The notes beneath the pieces are model-generated. The model was not told the origin of the DNA. It was given only the letters and a program-made list of their open reading frames with translations, and searched no databases. Shown in pieces: positions 1 to 9,375 of a DNA stretch of 47,936 nt. The first letter of the stretch is position 1, and each line of letters begins with the position of its first letter. Source of the DNA: a virus (taxonomy: Duplodnaviria > Caudoviricetes); the IMG/VR virus record IMGVR_UViG_3300037467_000310, positions 1-47,936 of that record; one strand, written 5' to 3'. The position numbers and the translations under genes are program-made.

Positions 1-1901
1 TGGGCGGGTCGTTTGATTCTGTTCTGATCAAGGGCGGTTCTGGCGCGGCTCAGGCTTTGCGCGGGATTGTGCAGGGCGCTGAGGATCTGGTTGACGCTAT
101 CGGTAAGATCCCGACGCCGATTCTGAACGCCGCTGTTGGTATAGCTGGGGTGACTGGCGCGACCGCACTGCTAGCAGGGGCTATCATTTCCGGCCTGCCA
201 AAGCTCCTTGAGTTTCATGAGTCGTTCAATAGGATCGCTCCGGCTGGGTCACGAGCACGTTCCGCAATTACTGGCGTTGGTAAGGCGGCTGGTGTCGCCG
301 TTGCTGCTTTGGTTGCTCTGCAGGTCGCTTCCGCTGTTTTCGGTGAGAAGCACACGAAGTCCGCGGAGGATTACGGGCAGGCTTTGCTGAGGATCGCCAA
401 AGCCGGTGATGCGGTCGCAAGTGAATCAGTATTCCAGGATTTCCATAAGTTCGCTGGCGTTGACAACGTTGAAGGCGTAAACAGTTTGGCTGACGCGGTT
501 AAAAAGGTCGCAACAGCCGGGGATGCGCAGAAATTCACGAGGTCCCTGGACGATCTAGTTGGGATGGTTGGCCTGCCAAAGAGCGAACTGGGCCAGCTGG
601 AAGAACGGTTCAGGGGCGTCGGTGACGCAATGGGTAACCTTGTCAAGAACGGCGCTGTGGAGACTGCAGCTAAGGACTTCAGTGTCCTCACGAAGGAATT
701 CGAGTCTAATGGCAAGGGCGCGAAGGAAGCGCTTGAGGTTGTGCCAGGCTACAAGGATGCGTTGCAAGGGCTGGCGAATCAGTCAGGTGTCACGCTCACT
801 GAGCAGGAATTGCTGGACTTTGCCATGGGGAAGGTCCCAGATTCCATGCTTAAAGCTGGGGGCGCTGTGGAGATGTACACGACGAAGGTCGGCAATTCGG
901 TGCCAATGTCTGAGGGGATGTCTAAGGCTCTTGAGGATGTTGGTCTTAGTGCTTCTGGTGCGGTGACTGATATTGAGAAGTTCACGCAATCGTTGTTCAA
1001 CGCTGGGATGCTTTCTCTGTCTGCTTCTGACGCGACTATCGCTTATGAGGCTGCGATTGATGCTGTCACTGAGTCTGTCAAGAAAAACGGCACGACCCTT
1101 GATGTTCACACTGAGCAGGGCCGCGCCAATCAGACGGCGTACAACGACATGGCTAAGGCTGCTATGACTGTTGCTGAGGCTACCGCTGCGGAGACATTGA
1201 AAACTCAGGGTTCCGCCGCTGCTCAGGCGACGTTGCAGGCTGGCCTTTCTCAGAGCTATAAGGATCTGATTACCGCTGCTGGGCAGTTCGGTATTACGGG
1301 TGACGCTGCGGATGACATGGCGCGTAAGGCTTTGGGTATCCCTAAGAACGTGAACATTGATGCGTGGATCGCTGACCATGCGTCCACGACTTTGGATGGG
1401 ATCAAGGGTAAGGCGGATGGGCTTGACGGTAAGAGGGTAACGATTGGTATTTACACGACTGAGTATTTCAATCGTGTGGATCAGCGCTCGGCGCCTACTG
1501 TCGTGGATCCGAACCAGCTTGGCGGGCACTACGCTACGGGTGGTCGGGTGACTGGCCCTGGCACGTCAACGTCTGATGATGTCCCGGCGTGGTTGTCGAA
1601 TGACGAGTACGTGTTGACTGCTGCGGCGGCTAGGAAGATCGGTTACGGGAACCTGGACCGCATGAACGGTGGTGACGTATCCCCGATCAAGCCGATGGGT
1701 TACGAGTATTCGCCGGCTGGTGCTCCTGCCGTGACTCATCGTGCGCCTATGGTGGCTACGGCTCCGCAGCAGACCCCGCCTGTGTATGTGCAGAATCCGT
1801 TTACGGGTGCGTATTTGTTGGCTCAGGTTGATTCTCGGGCTGCTGGTGTTGTTGGTGCTGCGGATTCTGGTTCTCAGTTCATGCGGAAGGGGCGCGGCTA
1901 G
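1..1901 (+). CDS. Tape measure protein, C-terminal part (5'-truncated by window edge), allele A
   Basis: Ala/Gly-rich helical protein, frame open from the window start; near-identical in its last ~400 aa to the full TMP at 44987..47932. Confidence 0.92.
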   Translation, partial: GGSFDSVLIKGGSGAAQALRGIVQGAEDLVDAIGKIPTPILNAAVGIAGVTGATALLAGAIISGLPKLLEFHESFNRIAPAGSRARSAITGVGKAAGVAVAALVALQVASAVFGEKHTKSAEDYGQALLRIAKAGDAVASESVFQDFHKFAGVDNVEGVNSLADAVKKVATAGDAQKFTRSLDDLVGMVGLPKSELGQLEERFRGVGDAMGNLVKNGAVETAAKDFSVLTKEFESNGKGAKEALEVVPGYKDALQGLANQSGVTLTEQELLDFAMGKVPDSMLKAGGAVEMYTTKVGNSVPMSEGMSKALEDVGLSASGAVTDIEKFTQSLFNAGMLSLSASDATIAYEAAIDAVTESVKKNGTTLDVHTEQGRANQTAYNDMAKAAMTVAEATAAETLKTQGSAAAQATLQAGLSQSYKDLITAAGQFGITGDAADDMARKALGIPKNVNIDAWIADHASTTLDGIKGKADGLDGKRVTIGIYTTEYFNRVDQRSAPTVVDPNQLGGHYATGGRVTGPGTSTSDDVPAWLSNDEYVLTAAAARKIGYGNLDRMNGGDVSPIKPMGYEYSPAGAPAVTHRAPMVATAPQQTPPVYVQNPFTGAYLLAQVDSRAAGVVGAADSGSQFMRKGRG

Positions 1902-1905
1902 ATGG
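1..1905 (+). repeat. Imperfect terminal direct repeat, copy 1 (matches 46020..47936)
   Basis: Same TMP region at both window ends; scattered SNPs in the 3' part, strongly diverged in the 5' part. Confidence 0.95.
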
Positions 1906-2741
1906 CTGTTGCTGTGAGTGCTGAGGTACTGGTTGGTGGTCCTGCTCCTAAGGCTGGTGTGACTGTTACTGGTCTTGGTGTTGGTTCGTCTGTGGTTACT
2001 GTGTGGCGGACTGTTGATGAGGATCGGGCCCCGGTTCGTGGTGCTCGCCGGATCATCATGAATGATGCGGGGTTTGTGACTGATTGGGATGCGCCGATTA
2101 ATCGGGCCGTGTCTTATGAGGTTGAGGTGTTGTCTGGTCCGGGCGGTCCTGTCCGGAAGACGGCAGCTGCGATCACAGTCACGTCGGTGACTGGTTGGTT
2201 GATGGATCCGTTCGTGCCTCAGTCCGCTGTGCCTGTTGTTGGTGACCCGCAATCGAATGGTGACATTTATTTGCGGGGTCAGGCGTTGGCGGAGCTTGAG
2301 TATGGCGCTGATGTGTCGATGTTCAATGTGATGGGTTCCAGGAAGCCGTTGGCGTTGTTTGGTGAGCGGATGGCTGAGCGTGGCCTGGATTTGGCGTTGG
2401 GTACGCGCTCGGCGGTGGAGAGCAAGCGGCTGAAAGAGTTGCTGCGGTCAAGCTCCGGTTTCCTGTTCCGTCCGGGCCCTGACCTTGACGGGCTCCTACT
2501 GGATGCGTTGATGTTCATTGCTGCCCCGTCCGTGTCTCAGGTTCCCGTTGATACGGCGTGGGGCGGCGAACTGACGTGGTGGAATTTCAAGGCTGACACG
2601 GTTGCCGCGCCGACGATCAAGGTCCTTACTGCGACGTTCACTTATGGGGATGTGCAGTTGTTGACTGACACGTATCAGCAGAAGCAGGACGCTATGGGCG
2701 GGCTGACGTATTTGGATGATCTGAAAAACCCGCTCAGTTAG
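1902..2741 (+). CDS. Minor tail protein (distal-tail position)
   Basis: 279 aa directly after TMP; synteny of siphophage tail module. Confidence 0.75.
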   Translation: MAVAVSAEVLVGGPAPKAGVTVTGLGVGSSVVTVWRTVDEDRAPVRGARRIIMNDAGFVTDWDAPINRAVSYEVEVLSGPGGPVRKTAAAITVTSVTGWLMDPFVPQSAVPVVGDPQSNGDIYLRGQALAELEYGADVSMFNVMGSRKPLALFGERMAERGLDLALGTRSAVESKRLKELLRSSSGFLFRPGPDLDGLLLDALMFIAAPSVSQVPVDTAWGGELTWWNFKADTVAAPTIKVLTATFTYGDVQLLTDTYQQKQDAMGGLTYLDDLKNPLS

Positions 2742-2750
2742 GAGCTTCCT

Positions 2751-4046
2751 TTGCGTCGTGTTGATGTTGAGACGTTGGATGCTTTGGGTGGTTCGAGGCC
2801 TGCTGACACGTTGACTGTGTGGGCTTGGCGGGCTGGCAAGCTGGTTGTGCCTGAGCCGTTGCAGGTCAAGGACTGGTCCTTTGATGATGACGCCGGGGAC
2901 AGTGTGAAGGTTGGTCAGCGGATCAGCCTCACCGTGGCGGATCCTGACGGGACGCTTGGGGCTTGGCGGTTCGATGACCCGCTGGGTGTTGGCGGGACCC
3001 GGTTGCAGATCATCTATAACGTGGGTGGTTCCGGGGCGATCAATTATGGGTGGTTCCGGATCACAGGTAATTCGCCCACGGAGTTCCGTGAGTCTCGGGT
3101 AATTAACGAGTACGGCTACATCGAACCCGACGGTTCACTTCCACCGCATAAACGCCGCGTGTTCATCCAAACGGCTGTCGTGAAGTTGGACGCCGTTGAC
3201 CTTACCGGGGACGTTGACCGGGACCGTTTGCAAGCCCCCGAGTCTCCGAAGGTTGGGGCCACGGTCGTTAGCGAATTCAAGCGGTTCACGGCCCGTTACT
3301 TCCCTACCATTGTTGATGATGGTGTTGTTGACACTGGGGTGTCGCGGCAGTTGGTGTATGACAAGGAACGCCTCGAAGCGTGCCAGGATCTTCTCAGCCG
3401 TGTGTCTGCCCGTTACCGGATGGGCGGCGACGGGGAAGCGCACATTTACCCGCAACGTGGTACGTCGGTTCTGAGGATTGAACCTAACGCTGGTCTTGTG
3501 TCCGTGTCGCGGGATCAGTCTATTGATGGTTTGTATAACCGGTGGGTTGTTGAGGGTAAGAACGTCGCTACCGGGGATCCTGTGTTTGGTGTTTCCGATA
3601 TTGAGTCGGGCCCGTTGAAGTATGGTGGCCCGCACGGTCAAGTGCCGTTCTTTTACAGCTCTGAGATGATCACGACTGTTGCGCAGGCGACAACGTACGC
3701 GCAGGAACTCAGGGACAAGTTCCTTGGTTCACTCGCGGTGGAGTTGTCGGTTGAGACGATCCCCCGCCCTGAGTTGCAAGCGGGCGACCGGGTTGAGATT
3801 GGTTGCCCTGTCACTGCCGGTCACGTCGTGTACCTGCCCGGTGATATCACTTCGATCAAACGATCCGGTGACACACTCCCACGCGGAACAACCCTCACAG
3901 TGTCTTGCTCGTACACGGATGTCCTTGCCGCTTTGGATCGTACTGAGTGGGCTAAGTGGATCACAGGCACGATGCCTGAGTTGACGTGGGATCTTATGCC
4001 AACGAGTTGGGGGCAGTTGCCGCCTATTACTTGGTCTAACGTTTAG
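2751..4046 (+). CDS. Minor tail protein (baseplate hub-like)
   Basis: 431 aa, second gene after TMP, GGAG RBS, C-terminal 'PELQAGDRV' typical of hub proteins. Confidence 0.75.
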   Translation: MRRVDVETLDALGGSRPADTLTVWAWRAGKLVVPEPLQVKDWSFDDDAGDSVKVGQRISLTVADPDGTLGAWRFDDPLGVGGTRLQIIYNVGGSGAINYGWFRITGNSPTEFRESRVINEYGYIEPDGSLPPHKRRVFIQTAVVKLDAVDLTGDVDRDRLQAPESPKVGATVVSEFKRFTARYFPTIVDDGVVDTGVSRQLVYDKERLEACQDLLSRVSARYRMGGDGEAHIYPQRGTSVLRIEPNAGLVSVSRDQSIDGLYNRWVVEGKNVATGDPVFGVSDIESGPLKYGGPHGQVPFFYSSEMITTVAQATTYAQELRDKFLGSLAVELSVETIPRPELQAGDRVEIGCPVTAGHVVYLPGDITSIKRSGDTLPRGTTLTVSCSYTDVLAALDRTEWAKWITGTMPELTWDLMPTSWGQLPPITWSNV

Positions 4047-4054
4047 GAGGCGCT

Positions 4055-5017
4055 GTGGCGGGATTGAAGAAGACAATGGCTGCGATGCCTCCTGATGGTT
4101 TCCGTGTTGAGTACGGGACGGCGTATTGGGATGGGGTTGAGTGGTGGGCTAACGTCCGGGGCGAGTTGTTGATGGCCCGGTGGATGGACCCTATTCAGCC
4201 TCAGCAGGGCGGCATGATTGCTGTTGCGATCATGTCTGATGGTAAGGGCCTTGCGACGGCTCTTGTTCTTGGCGCTTACACGGAGCAGCCCCGACCGTCT
4301 ACTGGGACGGTGTTGAGTGTTGGTGTGGATGAGATTGTGTTCACTGGTGATGATGGTGGCACGTACGCCACTAAGTGGTTCATCGGGGCGATTGGTGGTT
4401 ACGCGCCGGGTGATCCGGTGATGCTGTCTTGGGATGCTACTCGGGCGACGATCATTGGTGAGATCCCGGTTATTGCGCCGCCTCCTTCTGCGGATCCGTT
4501 GCCGCCTCCTGTTGCTGTTCCTGTGGAGCAGTCGGGGCAGGAGACGTTGATTGCAACAGCTTCTGATACGTGGGGTGTTGGTGGTTGGGGTCGGTGGGCT
4601 GGTTCGATTAGCGGTGGCGAGCAAGTGTATTCCGGTTCGTGGGGTGGTCAGACGATGACCGGTTCATGGTTTTATGGTGCACCACGCCCCGCGTTGTCTG
4701 GGAAGACGATCACAAGGGTTCAGTGGCGTGTACCCGACCGCCTCGAAGTTGGTTCCAACAACAGTGCGGCGACCATGCACGTGTACGCGCACACTTCCCA
4801 GTACCGTCCCAGCGGTGACGTGGGCAGGTCTGTTGGCCCGTTTGATGTTGTTCTTGCCGCGCATCAAGACCCTGCATGGGTTGATCTGCCAACCAGTTTC
4901 GGCGCGGTTATCGCTGCCGGTGGTGGTATCTCCATTGCGGGTGACCCGTATATCGGCCTGAACGGTCGCCGTAAAGACCCGGACTCCGGGAAACTTCTAA
5001 TTGACTGGAGTGCGTAG
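4055..5017 (+). CDS. Minor tail protein
   Basis: 320 aa with Pro-rich linker and Trp/Gly-rich C-terminal domain; AGGAG RBS; synteny. Confidence 0.7.
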   Translation: MAGLKKTMAAMPPDGFRVEYGTAYWDGVEWWANVRGELLMARWMDPIQPQQGGMIAVAIMSDGKGLATALVLGAYTEQPRPSTGTVLSVGVDEIVFTGDDGGTYATKWFIGAIGGYAPGDPVMLSWDATRATIIGEIPVIAPPPSADPLPPPVAVPVEQSGQETLIATASDTWGVGGWGRWAGSISGGEQVYSGSWGGQTMTGSWFYGAPRPALSGKTITRVQWRVPDRLEVGSNNSAATMHVYAHTSQYRPSGDVGRSVGPFDVVLAAHQDPAWVDLPTSFGAVIAAGGGISIAGDPYIGLNGRRKDPDSGKLLIDWSA

Positions 5018-5613
5018 TGACGCAGACTCTCAAGAACAAAGTTGTTGTTCCTACGAACAGCGACGAATACGACCTCACCGCGGACCTCGCAACGGCGTTC
5101 CTCGGGGCGAACGTGGTCATCCCGATAGCTTCCAGTGCGGAACGAACAACGTTGCAAGCCGCTGGTGTCATGACAGGGCAGTGCATCATCCGCACTGATT
5201 TGCCGGGGCAGCCCATTGAGACGTGGAACGGTACGAAGTGGCTTGACTACGCATCAGGGAACATCACACTCGGCTCGTTGTACCAGGCGTTCGGCGCAGG
5301 CTACGGCACGCCCGGGTACGAGAAGCTTCCCACTGGTAGGGCCACACTGTTGGGCATGGTTGGTACGACTGGTACGACAATCACAATGACCGCCAACACC
5401 CAGTACCTTCTCGGCACCATCCCGTCCGCTGTGGCGCCGGCTGCCGACGAACTGTACAACCCCGGCACTAGCTCGGCTATGGGCAACAAGTGCACCTTGT
5501 ACGTACGGTCCAACGGAAACATCCACTTTGAAACATCGTCAGGCTTCACCGGCATCTCGCAGGCAACATTCTTCATCGGCTTGGGCGGGATTAACTGGCG
5601 GTCAAAGCCATGA
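5017..5613 (+). CDS. Minor tail / short tail fibre protein
   Basis: 198 aa, last tail gene before lysis cassette, beta-rich C-terminus. Confidence 0.6.
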   Translation: MTQTLKNKVVVPTNSDEYDLTADLATAFLGANVVIPIASSAERTTLQAAGVMTGQCIIRTDLPGQPIETWNGTKWLDYASGNITLGSLYQAFGAGYGTPGYEKLPTGRATLLGMVGTTGTTITMTANTQYLLGTIPSAVAPAADELYNPGTSSAMGNKCTLYVRSNGNIHFETSSGFTGISQATFFIGLGGINWRSKP

Positions 5614-5966
5614 TGCCTCAATGGATATCTGACCTTATTTCGGTGGCTCCCTGGTTGGGGGCCCTTTTTGTTGCCCTCCTTGCTGTGTGGAAGGTCGGCC
5701 CGACACTCCGCAAGTGGGGCCGGTTCATTGACCGGGTTATCGGCGTGCCCGAGGACAAGAAAACTGGGCAGCCCGCAGTGCCTGGGATCTTCGAACGACT
5801 CGACCATCAAGACGGTGTACTCGAAACGATCCGGCATGAGGTCGAGTTCAACAACGGCACCTCAGTGAAGGACGCTGTGACCCGCGTTGAGAAGGCTCTT
5901 ACAGATCACCTCAACGCCCCGGTCCCACAAACCACGATCAACGTAAACCCCGGAGGCACGCCATGA
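5610..5966 (+). CDS. Membrane protein of lysis cassette
   Basis: N-terminal TM helix, 'HEVEFNNGTSVKDAV' motif common upstream of actinophage endolysins. Confidence 0.6.
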   Translation: MMPQWISDLISVAPWLGALFVALLAVWKVGPTLRKWGRFIDRVIGVPEDKKTGQPAVPGIFERLDHQDGVLETIRHEVEFNNGTSVKDAVTRVEKALTDHLNAPVPQTTINVNPGGTP

Positions 5967-6670
5967 CCGCGCAGTTGGTCACGCCTAACCCGAACATTCC
6001 GTGCACTCCGGGATGGTGCTTGCAGTATGTGCGTGAGGCGTTTGGGATCTATCCGGGCGTCTACCCAAGCGCGACGGCTGGGTGGAACGCCTCGCCCACG
6101 AAGCATCGCGACTGGAACTTTCCAGCAGGTATGTGGGTTCCCGTATGGTTCGGCATCGCAAAGGAACCTCTCGGCCACGTGGTCTTGCTGGCCCCTGACG
6201 GTTCAGTGTTCTCCACAAGCGACAACTCCACTGTTCCGCATCACCACCCGAACCTCGCAGACCTCATGAACTACTACGCCGCTGCTGACCTGGCGCTCAC
6301 GTACCGGGGATGGACTGAGGACATCGAGAATGTCACGGTCGTTGACCTTGGATCAGCCTCGCTCGGCTATGACGGCGAAATCATTAAAACGGAAGAAGAC
6401 GACATGTTCAACGACGAGGACCGGAAGCTACTGGTCGCAATCAAGCAGGGATTCTTCGACGGCGGAACGTCGATGCCCGAAGGGAAGCCACTCAAGGATC
6501 TGGTGCAGGACAGCTTTACCGCTGTTCGTACGCAGCTCGCGACGATCGGCGGGAAGCTCGAAACGGCGCCCGGTGGCGACGTTGCTGCCGATGCTGTTGC
6601 GATAGCCAAAGCCCTAGCCCCGGATCTGGCTAAGGCGTTGCTGGTCGAACTATCCAAGGGAGGCAAGTGA
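5963..6670 (+). CDS. Endolysin (Cys/His peptidase-like N-terminal domain)
   Basis: 'GWCLQYV' Cys and 'GHV' His motifs; flanked by membrane protein and holin. Confidence 0.75.
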   Translation: MTAQLVTPNPNIPCTPGWCLQYVREAFGIYPGVYPSATAGWNASPTKHRDWNFPAGMWVPVWFGIAKEPLGHVVLLAPDGSVFSTSDNSTVPHHHPNLADLMNYYAAADLALTYRGWTEDIENVTVVDLGSASLGYDGEIIKTEEDDMFNDEDRKLLVAIKQGFFDGGTSMPEGKPLKDLVQDSFTAVRTQLATIGGKLETAPGGDVAADAVAIAKALAPDLAKALLVELSKGGK

Positions 6671-6856
6671 ATGTTCGCACCTGAGACTCGCGCATGGATT
6701 TACCGGATACTCACAGCCGCAGCACCTATCGCCGCGTTCTACGGCTGGGTGAGCAACGAGGCATTGCCACTCTGGCTGGGCCTTGCTGGGGCCGTTCTTG
6801 GCACCGGCCTGGCTGCGCTGAACACGCCCACCAAGGGCAAGCACGAAGCCAACTGA
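6671..6856 (+). CDS. Holin
   Basis: 61 aa, two TM helices, 'RAWIY...LAALNTP' pattern, directly after endolysin. Confidence 0.8.
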   Translation: MFAPETRAWIYRILTAAAPIAAFYGWVSNEALPLWLGLAGAVLGTGLAALNTPTKGKHEAN

Positions 6857-6919
6857 CCCAAACACTTTTTCGGGGTGGATCCATGACGGGTCCGCCCACG
6901 TGTCTTAAAGGAGGCCCTT

Positions 6920-8902
6920 GTGGCTATTGAAGTAACTCCGCTTGGGTTCAAGAAACCGGACGGTAACGAGCCTGTACGCTTCGGAGACAACGTAATCTCT
7001 GACAACGCACAGAAGTCCCAGGACCTCCACCAAGCGGCGCAGGCCAGGTTCGCTTTGCTGGAATCGGCGGCAGGATTCCCCGGAGCGCCACTGGATTTCA
7101 CTGACACCATCGTTGAGTCGTTGGTGATCGGCCCGTCTGACACTGCTGACACTTTGGCTTTGTCGTTCGCTAAACGCAACTACCTGCCAGTGAACGTCAG
7201 GGATTACGGGGTGACTGGTGACGGCGCGACCGACGACCGGCCCGCGCTGCAAGCCCTCATCACCTCAGCCGGCGCGAACGCGACACTCTATTTCCCCCCC
7301 GGCGTGTACAGGCTAGCAACTGCCACTGCCGCGTCTGACCGGATCCTAATTGTCCCTACTGGGCAGAAGTGGTTAGGCGAAGGGGCCGCGTCAACTATCA
7401 AGGTCGCGAACAACTTTGGCGCGTATAAGACCATCATCGGTTGCACCAATGACGGCACGGACGTTGGTAGCTTCACTATGGAGCGGCTCCGGTTCGATCA
7501 GAACAGCGGCAACGGCAACACGTACCTCGCCGCTGACCTTGCCGTTAACACCAAGCATGTCCTCCGCGTGCTGTCGTTCACGGCTGGTTCGTTGATCAGC
7601 ATCAAGGGCTGCATCTTCGACAACTCGGACTGCATGAACACCCTGTACGTTGCTGCTGACATCATCGACATCTCCGACAACCTTTGGCGGGGTACGGGCA
7701 CGGTCGGTGCTGGTGACTTCCGTGACCACTCAAGCATCTACACCACAACCACTGTTGACGGTGGAACGCAGACCATCAAGAACAACACGTTCCGCGGCAA
7801 CAAGGGCAAAGGCTCGTCGGTGTGCGCTATCGAAACGCACGGCGGATCCCAAACCATCATGGGGAACAACATCTCCGGGTACATGATCGGAGCGAACCTC
7901 ACCGGCTGGTCATCCACCATCCGCTGCGAATCGATCGTGTTCAGCGGTAACCCCATCACGAACTGTGCGTTCGGGATCCAGATCTGGTCACGGTATAGCG
8001 GCACCATCACGACCGGCGACGCCATGACCAACATCGTGGTTTCCGACAACCCGATCACCATTGACCGTGACGCGTGGCTCCCAATCACCGGCATCTCAGC
8101 CACGTCTTGGGGGATCTGCGTTGAAGAAGCATCCACAGCACCAATCACCGGCCTGACCATCTCCGACAACTTCATCAAGTACAAGCCGATCGCGCTGACC
8201 CCACCCGCGAACGACGCCAAGAGCGTCGGTATCCGGTTGGTGATGGCCTATGCTGCTGCGGTGTTGAACAACGTCAAGGTGTTGGACAACACGATCATCA
8301 ATCCGCTCTCGTCCGGGATGCACATCTCAGGCGTCATTAACGGGTTGCAGGTCCGCGGCAACACGGTCAAGAACCCCGGGCAGTCCACACACTCATCCGT
8401 GGTGGACGTGTACCGCTCAGCCGGTGTCCTCTCCGGGACACTGAATGATGCGACGTTCGCTGACAACGTCCTCCTTGATGATCGGGCGACGCACTACTGC
8501 TCTTACTTCTTCATCGCCTTGTCTGCCATGACCGCAGCAACTAACTTCAATTTCCGGAACAACAACGCCCGGTACACGGACGGTGCTACGCCGCCTACGT
8601 CGATCTGGCCCAGCTCCACGGCTGGGTGTGCCCCGTATATCCAGGAAACGCAGAAGGTGTGGGCGGGCGTGTTCCAGCCTTCAATGGCTGGGTCCAATGT
8701 CCGTGAGGCCACAACGGGCAGGGTTTACACGCAGGTAGCAACACCGTCCGGGACGACATGGAAACTTGGGGCGTCCGTGGGCATGTCGCTGACCACCACG
8801 GCGCCCGCTGCTGGTGCTGCCGCTGCACTGCCGGCGACACCTGACGGGTACGTTGCCGTGTCAATTAACGGTGTTGACCGCCGCCAACCGTACTACACGT
8901 AG
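6920..8902 (+). CDS. Tailspike-like right-handed beta-helix protein (pectate-lyase-3-like, putative depolymerase)
   Basis: 'VNVRDYGVTGDGATDD..ALQA...LYFPPGVY' motif followed by repeated I-x-D/G-N-x-I strands; AGGAGG RBS. Confidence 0.8.
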   Translation: MAIEVTPLGFKKPDGNEPVRFGDNVISDNAQKSQDLHQAAQARFALLESAAGFPGAPLDFTDTIVESLVIGPSDTADTLALSFAKRNYLPVNVRDYGVTGDGATDDRPALQALITSAGANATLYFPPGVYRLATATAASDRILIVPTGQKWLGEGAASTIKVANNFGAYKTIIGCTNDGTDVGSFTMERLRFDQNSGNGNTYLAADLAVNTKHVLRVLSFTAGSLISIKGCIFDNSDCMNTLYVAADIIDISDNLWRGTGTVGAGDFRDHSSIYTTTTVDGGTQTIKNNTFRGNKGKGSSVCAIETHGGSQTIMGNNISGYMIGANLTGWSSTIRCESIVFSGNPITNCAFGIQIWSRYSGTITTGDAMTNIVVSDNPITIDRDAWLPITGISATSWGICVEEASTAPITGLTISDNFIKYKPIALTPPANDAKSVGIRLVMAYAAAVLNNVKVLDNTIINPLSSGMHISGVINGLQVRGNTVKNPGQSTHSSVVDVYRSAGVLSGTLNDATFADNVLLDDRATHYCSYFFIALSAMTAATNFNFRNNNARYTDGATPPTSIWPSSTAGCAPYIQETQKVWAGVFQPSMAGSNVREATTGRVYTQVATPSGTTWKLGASVGMSLTTTAPAAGAAAALPATPDGYVAVSINGVDRRQPYYT

Positions 8903-8915
8903 TAGGATGGCCCGC

Positions 8916-9197
8916 ATGACGACTCTCGTGCAGTTCGGGGCTGACATTGACGGCCCAACAATCACGCTTGGCCCGGATGTTCAGCGTGTGGAGATACGCC
9001 CTGATCTGTCCGTGCGGGTTGTTGGGACTGTCCCGAAACTGGCGGGCGCTAAGTTCCCTCGCTGTGTTCTCAGCGAGGCGGACGGCACAGCAACCCTCAC
9101 GGATGTTTGGGGTCGCCGCCACGAAGTACTGACCGCACGCGCCTACCTGTTAGCAGCCGAACGGCAAGGCATCCCCGTGGAAACAGTCACAACCTAG
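8916..9197 (+). CDS. Hypothetical protein (possibly leaderless)
   Basis: ATG 7 nt after a TAGGAT -10-like hexamer; followed by terminator. Confidence 0.5.
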   Translation: MTTLVQFGADIDGPTITLGPDVQRVEIRPDLSVRVVGTVPKLAGAKFPRCVLSEADGTATLTDVWGRRHEVLTARAYLLAAERQGIPVETVTT

Positions 9198-9209
9198 AAC
9201 CCCAGCAAC

Positions 9210-9250
9210 AAGCGCCCCACCCTTCACCGGGTGGGGCGCTTTTGTTGTTT
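9210..9250 (+). terminator. Intrinsic terminator between convergent operons
   Basis: AAGCGCCCCACCC-ttcacc-GGGTGGGGCGCTT followed by T-rich tract. Confidence 0.9.
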
Positions 9251-9252
9251 AA

Positions 9253-9366
9253 CTAGACTGGTTCGTCGGCTAGTGCTTCGTGGTCGTAGTAGTAGTCCTT
9301 GAGGACACGATCAATCTCGCGCTCTGACGGTTCGGGCTGCGGCTCTGGCTGCCTGTCTGTTGTCAT
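9253..9366 (-). CDS. 37-aa acidic hypothetical protein
   Basis: MTTDRQPEPQPEPSEREIDRVLKDYYYDHEALADEPV, read by hand; AGGA upstream, follows integrase. Confidence 0.45.
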   Translation of the reverse strand: MTTDRQPEPQPEPSEREIDRVLKDYYYDHEALADEPV

Positions 9367-9375
9367 GCGGACATC

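Noticed and set aside
1-1905. True terminal repeat or headful redundancy
   Set aside because: Copies are not identical, and the HNH-terS-terL layout with a cos-like site at 34114 points to genome ends elsewhere
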